Positions 26,429-34,346 of a stretch of 64,000 bases of DNA are shown here, piece after piece. The notes below the pieces were generated by a model. It worked only from the letters and a program-made list of their open reading frames with translations. It was not told where the DNA came from and ran no database searches. The DNA lies in sequence record SRR22947727_2503; one strand, given 5' to 3'. The position numbers and the translations under genes were made by a program. Every line of letters starts with the position of its first letter. Position 1 is the stretch's first letter.

Positions 26429-26507
26429 CGTAAGTCGTTGATACTCAAGGAGTTACGGGCGGCGGCGGGGCGCTTCGCCGTAACTCGTTGATACTCAGTG
26501 AGTTACA
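26429..26507. repeat. 79-bp double-palindrome element, copy 9 (G-rich core)
   Basis: Same geometry. Confidence 0.95.
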
Positions 26508-26553
26508 GCGTTTTTTTCATAGCATAAAAACTCAACGTGTCAAGTATTTTTTT

Positions 26554-26619
26554 TGGTGGATGGCGGGGGGATCGAACCCCCATCCGAGACTCGCGTCTCG
26601 TCGAAACCATTAGCCACCC
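26554..26619 (-). ncRNA. Mini-tmRNA: isolated tRNA-like domain without mRNA-like domain (ssrA-like)
   Basis: GGGUGGC-UAAUGGUUUCGA-CGAGAC-GCGA-GUCUCG-GAU-GGGGG-UUCGAUC-CCCCC-GCCAUCC-A-CCA; G3.U70, A73, stemless D-loop ending UCGA. Confidence 0.85.
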
Positions 26620-26625
26620 AAACTT

Positions 26626-26850
26626 TCACTTGCCGTAAATCGAGCGTAGTTCCCAACTCGCTTCGTTCACGATTTCCGCAGTCACGCTCTGCGGATTCTT
26701 GCACGCTTCGGGAAGACCCTTGCGGATGATGCGCTTCAACTTACGCACACGCATGTATTCCCCAATGTGATGAGGGAATAGAATGGGATAAGTGAGAATC
26801 AAGATAGCTTTTCCCATCGGGGATTGATATTTAAAATTGTGGAGATTCAT
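26626..26850 (-). CDS. Hypothetical protein immediately upstream of the mini-tmRNA
   Basis: Start MNLHNF; stop 6 nt before the RNA 5' end. Confidence 0.6.
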   Translation of the reverse strand: MNLHNFKYQSPMGKAILILTYPILFPHHIGEYMRVRKLKRIIRKGLPEACKNPQSVTAEIVNEASWELRSIYGK

Positions 26851-26854
26851 GGTG

Positions 26855-27037
26855 TTAGTGTGAGAGATTGAGAGACTCAAGAGAAACTTCTTTTTCTTCT
26901 CCGTTATTGAATGATATCCAAGCGCTGTTGTCTTGTTGGAATGTCTCATGGACTAAGACGGTTTGGCCTTGGTAATTAGCGAAGAACTCTTCGCAAGAAA
27001 CATTAGCTAACTGGCTGATTGTGTTTTGGTCTGTCAT
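26855..27037 (-). CDS. Hypothetical protein
   Basis: 60-aa ORF. Confidence 0.6.
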   Translation of the reverse strand: MTDQNTISQLANVSCEEFFANYQGQTVLVHETFQQDNSAWISFNNGEEKEVSLESLNLSH

Positions 27038-27060
27038 GTGTATGTTCTACTTTATTTTTT

Positions 27061-27294
27061 TTAGCGAGGGCGGGAAGCATTAGCCGCTTTGCGGTTTTCA
27101 AACTTCTCAACACGAACGAACTTCCCTTTGGGGAAAGCCCAGTGTTCGCCATTCTTGATCCGCTCAACTCTTTGTGCGTTGTCGGTCTCGCCCCAAACAA
27201 ACTCGTTGCCTGTAGCGGATTTCGTGATGATGACGAAAAACGGGATTTCGTCTGCGTGTTTTACTTTTTCTCCGTTGGTGTATATCGTTGCCAT
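27061..27294 (-). CDS. Hypothetical protein
   Basis: TAAAAT-acacgc-ATG leaderless start. Confidence 0.65.
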   Translation of the reverse strand: MATIYTNGEKVKHADEIPFFVIITKSATGNEFVWGETDNAQRVERIKNGEHWAFPKGKFVRVEKFENRKAANASRPR

Positions 27295-27358
27295 GCGTGT
27301 ATTTTATCAGGTATTAGAATGAATTGAAAGCTTTTTTTGCCTATTAAATGATTTATTT

Positions 27359-27547
27359 TTAGGCGAGGAATCTGGGGTCTTGCTTCGGTTGCTCAGGCAC
27401 ATCCGCGAAAGCCTCTTGAAATTCTTTCTGGAGTTCTTGGCATTCTTTCTGGAACTGACCAGAAACCTGCACGGTTTCTTCTGCCATTTTGTTCCATGCT
27501 TCTTCTGCTTTGGCCATTGCTGCGAGGGCTTCTTCGGTCGCTGTCAT
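27359..27547 (-). CDS. Small helical protein, paralog of 24019-24162
   Basis: MTATEEALAAMAKAEEAWNKM...VSGQFQKECQELQ; TAAAAT-acacgc-ATG. Confidence 0.75.
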   Translation of the reverse strand: MTATEEALAAMAKAEEAWNKMAEETVQVSGQFQKECQELQKEFQEAFADVPEQPKQDPRFLA

Positions 27548-27865
27548 GCGTGTATTTTATCACAGATCCGCACGAATTAAAAGCTTTTTTTACGTCTAAA
27601 ATGCTTTTTTTTTGACCTGTCATACAGCATACCCACCCCATAGCACCCACCCCATTTTTTTAAAATTTTGATCCCTAATACACGCGCAAAGTCGGGGGGG
27701 GAGTCTTTTTTCAAAATCTAAACCATTAAATTATAACAGTTAGGCGTTGGATGGAAAAAAATGGCGGGGTTATTTTGGGGGAAAGTGCATGCCCAAGAAA
27801 AACCAGAATAAAAAAATAAACTAATATGCCGCGAATATAATACATAAAAACGTGTAGTATAAAGT

Positions 27866-28696
27866 ATGACATATCGGAATATGGCGGTGAAAGTTAATGG
27901 AGGTGATCCTATTATGGGGACGAGGGTTGGGGTGGATTTCTCCACTAAAAACCAAGTAAAAAGACAATTGGCCGCGAATATCGACGCTAATGATCAGTTG
28001 AGGTTTAATGGTGATGTTGACTGCAAGATTAGCGTGGATTTTCTTGTGAGGAGTAGTGATCTGAGTTACGATGGTTTGAATTTTTTATCTGATTTGTTTC
28101 ATGGGACTGGTAAAGATACGATGCTGGTGAGTGTTGGGGGTAATAATTACAGTGAGTGTTATATAGATAGCTTTAATGCTACCGTTAAACCGTTTGAGCC
28201 TGTGATGGGTAGTGTGACTTTTAGTAGTTACAATCCTAGTACTGCTGGCACGATAACTGGGGTGATAGATAATAATACTAATACACTTTTGGGTGGCAAT
28301 GATTTTATATATGGTCATGATTGCAGTTTGGTTGGAACTGGCAATGTGGTGAGGTCTAATATGCTTAGCGAATTAACTTATACAAAAACATATTCAAGAA
28401 CTCCCGTTTATACGATAGGTTCAAAACACGCTACTAGTCAGTTAGTGGATGGGGTAGAGGTTGACGTAAAGGTACAGTCTACAGGGCTGAATTCTTTTAT
28501 TGATTTTAGCGGTAGTAAATTAACGAGTACTTTTGGGGTATTGTTGGAGGATGTTCAGAATAGTGGGGTTCACTTTGATTCTGCTGATTTTGATTTAACA
28601 GTAAGTGCTGGGGCGCATGTGATCGATGAAGGTTATTCTGTTGATGGGGGCGGCACTTTAGTCACAAAAGCTACCATTAAAGAAGTCATTCTATAA
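27866..28696 (+). CDS. Structural protein, tail-tube-like paralog
   Basis: YIDSFN.TV.P..PV...VTF and SRTPVYTIGS resemble segments of 41008-42117. Confidence 0.55.
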   Translation: MTYRNMAVKVNGGDPIMGTRVGVDFSTKNQVKRQLAANIDANDQLRFNGDVDCKISVDFLVRSSDLSYDGLNFLSDLFHGTGKDTMLVSVGGNNYSECYIDSFNATVKPFEPVMGSVTFSSYNPSTAGTITGVIDNNTNTLLGGNDFIYGHDCSLVGTGNVVRSNMLSELTYTKTYSRTPVYTIGSKHATSQLVDGVEVDVKVQSTGLNSFIDFSGSKLTSTFGVLLEDVQNSGVHFDSADFDLTVSAGAHVIDEGYSVDGGGTLVTKATIKEVIL

Positions 28697-28720
28697 AAAT
28701 AAGTGTAATATAATATACAT

Positions 28721-29446
28721 ATGGCCCGAAGAAAGGTTGCTAAGGAAAAAGAGGTTCCGTTTGAGTTACTAGCGGATTTTGAGAGATCAATAAAGTTTAA
28801 TAAAAGAAATTTTAGATTCACCCCCAAACAAAAGAAGTTTTTAGACCTAATACTGGAAGAAGATTCTAAGATTATTTTTGTTTCTGGCCCTGCGGGAAGC
28901 TCAAAGACCTACATGTCCCTGTATGCGATGTTAAAATTATTGGAGGAGGACTTCTCTAAAGATATTTTATATGTTCGAAGTATTGCTGAAAGTGCTGATA
29001 CGGGGTTAGGGAGCTTGCCCGGGGATATTGCAGACAAGTTTGATCCTTTTTTGTGTCCACTTTATGACAAAATGGAAGAAATCGTCGCTTCTGGGGACGC
29101 GATCTACTTAAAACAACGCGAAAAAGTGTCAGCAGTGCCGATCAACTTCCTTCGCGGAGCGAGTTGGCAGAATAAATTGGTTTTCGCAGATGAAGCTCAG
29201 AATTTCACACTAAAAGAATTAACTACTTTGATCACCCGCATAGGTGAAGATAGTAAAATCATTATCGGGGGTGATTTTTTCCAGAGCGATATCAGAGGAA
29301 AAAGTGGATTCGGACCCATGTTCGACAAATTCGATGATGATGAATCTAAAGAAATGGGAATCCACACATTCAGCTTCAATGAAAGCGATATTGTCCGTAG
29401 TAAAATACTAAAATTTATTATTAAGAAGTTAGAAGGTGAAAAATAG
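28721..29446 (+). CDS. phoH: PhoH-like ATPase
   Basis: GPAGSSKT, LGSLPGD, FLRGAS, DEAQN, TRIGE.SK, GD..QSD, DIVRS. Confidence 0.92.
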   Translation: MARRKVAKEKEVPFELLADFERSIKFNKRNFRFTPKQKKFLDLILEEDSKIIFVSGPAGSSKTYMSLYAMLKLLEEDFSKDILYVRSIAESADTGLGSLPGDIADKFDPFLCPLYDKMEEIVASGDAIYLKQREKVSAVPINFLRGASWQNKLVFADEAQNFTLKELTTLITRIGEDSKIIIGGDFFQSDIRGKSGFGPMFDKFDDDESKEMGIHTFSFNESDIVRSKILKFIIKKLEGEK

Positions 29447-29480
29447 TGTAATTACTTACTAATTTTGATATAATTGTAAG

Positions 29481-29804
29481 ATGAGTCACATATTTTGTTA
29501 TAGTTGTGGGGTTAAGATTGAATATAATTTTGCTAAACCTAATTTTTGTTCTAAATGCGGGGCAAGTTTTGGAGGCGAGCAGCAATCTCAAGCTGCGGTG
29601 GAGCAAGTTCCCAATCAAACCAAAGCCTCTGTAGTTTCGGATGACGAAACTGATGCAGAGTTCGTTCCGCAACTAAGAGGGTTGCAGGTCGAAATTGAAA
29701 AACCTAAAACCTTCACCATTGGCTCTTTAGCGGGTCAAAATACACCTCCCAACTATAAAGGTCAGGGATCTTACGACTTGAATGATTTCACTTCTAAACC
29801 TTAA
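29481..29804 (+). CDS. Zinc-ribbon protein
   Basis: CYSCG...FCSKCG. Confidence 0.7.
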   Translation: MSHIFCYSCGVKIEYNFAKPNFCSKCGASFGGEQQSQAAVEQVPNQTKASVVSDDETDAEFVPQLRGLQVEIEKPKTFTIGSLAGQNTPPNYKGQGSYDLNDFTSKP

Positions 29805-30481
29805 TGCCTGAAAAGAAGAAGTATGAAGACTACCAAGATATCATAGATCGAGCTGTTAAAAAGCAGAGATCAAGGTGGCGCTTAGACGCTATCAAGTGGT
29901 TTGACTTTGAGGATGTCGAACAGGTGGTAAAATCGCACATCGCCCAAAAGTGGCACATGTGGGATCAGTCTCGGCCATTGGAGCCGTGGCTTAGTCGTGT
30001 AATCACCAATAGGATGTGGAACCTTATAAGAAACCATTATGGATCTTATATCAAACCTTGTTCGACATGCATACATGCGCGGGATGAATCATGTGCCAAG
30101 ACGATAAGTGGTAACCAAGATGTTTCGTGCAAAGATTATGCTAAGTGGTCAAAGAAGAAAAAATTTGGACTAGAATTGAAAACTGCATCTAGTCTGGATG
30201 ATACTGAGCATGTTATAAACGTTAAGTGTAATTCGTATTTTGATTATGATGCTGATACACAGAAGCTTAACGATAAAATGCGAAAAAAACTTGGAGAGAA
30301 ACAATACGGGGCATATCATATGTTATATTTCGAGGATTGTACAGAAGAAGATGTAGCAAAGTATATGGGGTATAAACTGTCTGATACTAATCGTAAGATT
30401 GGCTACAGACAAGTAAAGAATCTCAAGTGTAAATTTCATAAGATTGCAGTAAAAATTTTAAAAGATGGAAGGGGTTGGTAA
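29804..30481 (+). CDS. RNA polymerase sigma-70-like factor
   Basis: FEDVEQ...WDQSRPLEPWLSRVITNRMWNLIR (region 2); C-terminal HTH EDVAKYMGY. Confidence 0.7.
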   Translation: MPEKKKYEDYQDIIDRAVKKQRSRWRLDAIKWFDFEDVEQVVKSHIAQKWHMWDQSRPLEPWLSRVITNRMWNLIRNHYGSYIKPCSTCIHARDESCAKTISGNQDVSCKDYAKWSKKKKFGLELKTASSLDDTEHVINVKCNSYFDYDADTQKLNDKMRKKLGEKQYGAYHMLYFEDCTEEDVAKYMGYKLSDTNRKIGYRQVKNLKCKFHKIAVKILKDGRGW

Positions 30482-31530
30482 TGGATTTAACAGATGATCA
30501 AAAAGACTATATAAAAAACAATGTGAATAAAGTCACAAATTTAAATGAACTCACCCAAAAATGTTTTAGGGATGATGATTTAGATGGCCGCACAAAGGAG
30601 GGGCGAGCTGTTCGCAAATACTTAATAGAGAATAATATTGATTATAAAACAACCCGCCGCAAACCACAGGACAAAATCGAACTAAACGATTCCCAAAAAG
30701 AGTTCATTATCCAGCAAGCTCAGGAAGGGATGTCGTCGTTGGAGATTGCCAAGCTTATATTTCCAGAAAAGAGAGTAAAGCCACTAAGCAATGAGCAGAG
30801 AACGGTCCTCGCACACATCAACGAGGTCAATCCCGATTTCGTTCCATCGCAAGACTCCGCTGCCGTAAATGATTACGTCCCGCCCAAAAGCCCAAGTCGT
30901 GTAGTAAAGAAAATCAATGATGCTACAGGATTAGAGTTAAATGATGGCAAACTAAACAGGCAAAAGCAAATCTGTGTAGACAAGCTCCAAATCAATCTAT
31001 CCAATAGTAGATTTTTGAAAATCATCAATAATTATCTTAATAAGCCAGACAGAGAGTTATTCGAACAGGAATTCATCCGTTTGAGTTGGGACAAGCCTGA
31101 TTTAACCGCAGACGAACTCAACCTATACCTTAACGTCTGCAAAGAGGTTATTAATTTGGAGGTTGTGTCTGCTCACCTAAACAAGCTTAACGACATGTTT
31201 GACGTTGCTGATGACCAGACCGAAATGACCGTACGTCTCGCGGAGATCATCAAAGCTAAATCACAAGAGTATCATCAATGTGAAACCCGCATTGAGAATT
31301 TAACGAAGAAGCTGCAAGGTGACCGTGCTGAACGCATGAAGAAGTCCAGCAAGAACAATGCGTCATTTTTATCCATCGTTCAGATGTTTCAAGAAGAAGA
31401 AGAGCGGGAGAATATGGTTCGCATGGCAGAAATGCAAAAAAAGCTAATTAAAGAAGAGGCTGAGCGGATGGAAGGTATGGCAGAGTGGAAAGCGCGAATC
31501 TTAGGTATTAGTCAGGACGATGCAATTTGA
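30481..31530 (+). CDS. Hypothetical helical/coiled-coil protein (candidate terminase small subunit)
   Basis: HTH-like MSSLEIAKLIF plus coiled coil; lies near terL. Confidence 0.45.
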   Translation: MDLTDDQKDYIKNNVNKVTNLNELTQKCFRDDDLDGRTKEGRAVRKYLIENNIDYKTTRRKPQDKIELNDSQKEFIIQQAQEGMSSLEIAKLIFPEKRVKPLSNEQRTVLAHINEVNPDFVPSQDSAAVNDYVPPKSPSRVVKKINDATGLELNDGKLNRQKQICVDKLQINLSNSRFLKIINNYLNKPDRELFEQEFIRLSWDKPDLTADELNLYLNVCKEVINLEVVSAHLNKLNDMFDVADDQTEMTVRLAEIIKAKSQEYHQCETRIENLTKKLQGDRAERMKKSSKNNASFLSIVQMFQEEEERENMVRMAEMQKKLIKEEAERMEGMAEWKARILGISQDDAI

Positions 31531-32536
31531 ATGTAAAGAGTGTGGCCAGACGTTCGATACGCAACGTGGTCTACATATGCACATCAAGAAGCACGATATG
31601 CTTCTTGGTGATTACTATGTCAAACACTATCCACGTTTCGACAAGCTGACTGAAAAGCCTATCCAATTCAAAAACGCCAAACAGTACTTCTCTACAGATT
31701 TCAACACAACCAAGAACATGAACCTCTGGTTTGAGAAAGCGCCCAAAGATGAGGTAAAAAAATATATTTTGGAGAAATTTAAAAAAAGAATAGAAAACAA
31801 GAACCTCAAACACGCTCCATCGAGCCTGTATCTGAAGACGGGCGATTGGCCTACGCTGGACATCATAAAAAAGCTGTTCGGCGGTTACAACGCATTCTGT
31901 GAGCAAGTCGGGGTAAGTCCTGCGTATGGGAGTAATGTATGTAAAGAGTTTTTTGAAGATTATAGCAGTGAAGAGGTTTGGATCGATACAAGAGAGAATA
32001 AACCTCTAAACTTTAAACATTCTTATGTTTTTAAACTAGACTTTGGTGATTATACCTTACCACCGAAAAACTATACCCATACTCATGCAGAAAGAAAGTC
32101 ATTCCAAGATTTTGCCGCTACTGTAACAAATGGCTATGCTAGGTTTATTAGGGAGATAGAAAGATGCCAAAGTTTGGGGTGTTTCTTATTTATTGTTGTA
32201 GAGGCGGATTATAATCAAATTTATAAAACAAATAGTGCTGCTTACAAAAAATTCAATATGGGATTTGTGTTTAGCAGAATGAGATCTATCGAGGCGCAAT
32301 TTAGTGACTGTTGTCAATTTGTGTTTAGTGGTTCTAGAGAAGGCAGTGAGGAGTTAATACCCAAGATCCTCTGCTGTGGTAAGAAGCTGTGGAATGTTGA
32401 CTTACAATATTTTTGGGAAAAGGAATTAGAAAAAAATGGCTTGGATAGAAGGCAATCAAGACCTGTACAAGAAGTTCAAAGAAGTAAACGAAGAGATACT
32501 TTCCAAAAAAGGATACATCGAAGAAGGAGAGGCTAA
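31520..32536 (+). CDS. C2H2 zinc finger plus ERCC4-like nuclease domain protein
   Basis: CKECG..F...RGLHMHIKKH; IDTRENKPL, LDFGDY, ERKS..DF. Confidence 0.7.
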   Translation: MQFECKECGQTFDTQRGLHMHIKKHDMLLGDYYVKHYPRFDKLTEKPIQFKNAKQYFSTDFNTTKNMNLWFEKAPKDEVKKYILEKFKKRIENKNLKHAPSSLYLKTGDWPTLDIIKKLFGGYNAFCEQVGVSPAYGSNVCKEFFEDYSSEEVWIDTRENKPLNFKHSYVFKLDFGDYTLPPKNYTHTHAERKSFQDFAATVTNGYARFIREIERCQSLGCFLFIVVEADYNQIYKTNSAAYKKFNMGFVFSRMRSIEAQFSDCCQFVFSGSREGSEELIPKILCCGKKLWNVDLQYFWEKELEKNGLDRRQSRPVQEVQRSKRRDTFQKRIHRRRRG

Positions 32537-34301
32537 GCTTCTACTTTATAAGTTCTTAAGGGATAATCCATCTTTTACTTGTGAGTTATTCACTGGTGTG
32601 AAATTATTTCCGTTTCAACACATGGCTGTAAAGTCTATGATGGAGACGGATTACTTTTTGGGCATATGGAGTCGTGGTATGAGTAAATCCTTCTCTACTG
32701 CTGTATTTGCTATTCTAGACGCTATCATGAATCAAGGCGTACAGATAGGAATCATATCTAAATCATTTCGTCAGTCCAAGATGATCTTTAAAAAGATTGA
32801 GGATATTGCTAGAAGTCCGAAGGCTGAGTTTTTATCTCAATGCATAACTAGGACATCAAAAATGAATGATGAATGGGTTATGGAGATAGGCTCTAGTAGC
32901 ATCAGAGCTTTGCCTCTAGGTGATGGCGAAAAGCTCCGAGGTTTCCGCTTCCAGCGTATGATTATTGACGAACTACTCCTCATGCCTGAGAAGATCTTCA
33001 ATGAGGTTATCATGCCATTCCTTTCTGTTGTTGAGAACCCTACTGAACGTCAAGAGATTTATGATCTAGAAACCCAGATGATCGCGGAGGGTGAAATGAC
33101 TGAAGAGGAAAGAAAACGGTGGCCAAATAACAAAATTATTGGTTTATCCTCTGCATCGTATAAGTTTGAATATTTGTTTAAGCTTTATCAGCAATATGAA
33201 TCTCTAATCATCAATGAGAATAAACAAGATGGCGCTCATAGGGTAATTATGCATTTTAGCTATGATTGCGCCCCTGCACAGCTGTATGATCAAAATTTGA
33301 TTAATCAATCTAAATCAACAATGAGTCAGTCTCAGTTCGAACGAGAATTTGGCGCTGTATTCACAGATGATAGTTCTGGATATTTCAAAGTCAGTAAAAT
33401 GGCTTCATGTACTCTTCCTGATGGTGAAGGGCAGTGTGTCGAGGTGATTGGAGATCCCGCCTCCAAATACATCCTCGCATTTGACCCCTCTTGGTCCGAG
33501 AGTGAAAGCTCAGACGATTTCGCCATACTTTTGATAAAGATCCACCCAGAAACGAGAAAAGGCGTTGTAGTGCATAGCTACGCAGTTTCTGGCTCAAACC
33601 TACAGACTCACATTAGATACATGGCTTATCTACTGACTAATTTCAATATTGAAATGGTAGTTGGCGATTACAATGGAGGTGTTCAATTTTTGAGTGCGTG
33701 TAAGGAGAGTGGTATATTTAAAAAATTAAATTTAAAAATAGATACGGTAGACGCTGATTTAGATAATCCTAAAGGCTACGCTAAAGGTCTTAGGAAGCTC
33801 AAGAACGCAATAGACAAATCATCAAGAAAATTTGTGTTTTTAAGAAAACCTAGCTCTACATGGATTCGTTTCGCTAACGAAAGTTTACAATCAGCATTCG
33901 ATCACAAAAGATTATACTTCGCTGGTTCTGCTATGGATGACAACTACAACATGCAGAGAAAAGCTAATATCCCTATTGATAATTTGAAGTTCTTGAGGAA
34001 TCAAGATGCTGAAGAGAAAAACAAAGGAGCCAAGATGATTGATTTTGTAGAGCATCAAAGAGACATGATGGATCTTATAAAAGTCCAGTGTGCTTTAGTG
34101 CAAGTTACCACCTCGCCACAAGGAACACAAAGTTTTGATCTGCCTCCTAACCTTCGTAAGCAGAGAGGTGCTGACAAAGCCCGGAAAGACTCCTACTCCG
34201 CTTTAGTTCTAGGTAACTGGGGTATGAATGTCTACTTCGACATGTTAGATGATCAAGGGTCTGATGTTACAGAAACATTTACTCCAATGTTTATTTCTTA
34301 A
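32436..34301 (+). CDS. Terminase large subunit
   Basis: LFPFQ, SRGMSKS (Walker A variant), LRGFR, IIDE (Walker B), FEREF.A.F, AFDP, RKDSYSA nuclease domain. Confidence 0.9.
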   Translation: MAWIEGNQDLYKKFKEVNEEILSKKGYIEEGEAKLLLYKFLRDNPSFTCELFTGVKLFPFQHMAVKSMMETDYFLGIWSRGMSKSFSTAVFAILDAIMNQGVQIGIISKSFRQSKMIFKKIEDIARSPKAEFLSQCITRTSKMNDEWVMEIGSSSIRALPLGDGEKLRGFRFQRMIIDELLLMPEKIFNEVIMPFLSVVENPTERQEIYDLETQMIAEGEMTEEERKRWPNNKIIGLSSASYKFEYLFKLYQQYESLIINENKQDGAHRVIMHFSYDCAPAQLYDQNLINQSKSTMSQSQFEREFGAVFTDDSSGYFKVSKMASCTLPDGEGQCVEVIGDPASKYILAFDPSWSESESSDDFAILLIKIHPETRKGVVVHSYAVSGSNLQTHIRYMAYLLTNFNIEMVVGDYNGGVQFLSACKESGIFKKLNLKIDTVDADLDNPKGYAKGLRKLKNAIDKSSRKFVFLRKPSSTWIRFANESLQSAFDHKRLYFAGSAMDDNYNMQRKANIPIDNLKFLRNQDAEEKNKGAKMIDFVEHQRDMMDLIKVQCALVQVTTSPQGTQSFDLPPNLRKQRGADKARKDSYSALVLGNWGMNVYFDMLDDQGSDVTETFTPMFIS

Positions 34302-34346
34302 CTTTTAAAAGTTAGAAAGTTACTTTTCGTGTAATATAATATTGTA

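Noticed and set aside
17448-26507. The 79-bp repeats as a CRISPR array
   Set aside because: Intervals are 0.4-1.5 kb and contain genes; the 21-bp cores are homologous to each other rather than unique spacers; no cas genes are visible.
17448-26507. The repeats as classical integron attC sites
   Set aside because: No IntI in the window, cores occur in both orientations, the genes carry their own promoters, and the tandem 29-bp palindromes do not fit attC box geometry. Kept only as an analogy.
26554-26619. An ordinary tRNA-Ala or tRNA fragment
   Set aside because: There is no D-stem and no 7-nt anticodon loop (GCGA tetraloop instead); the D-loop and linker follow the tmRNA pattern.
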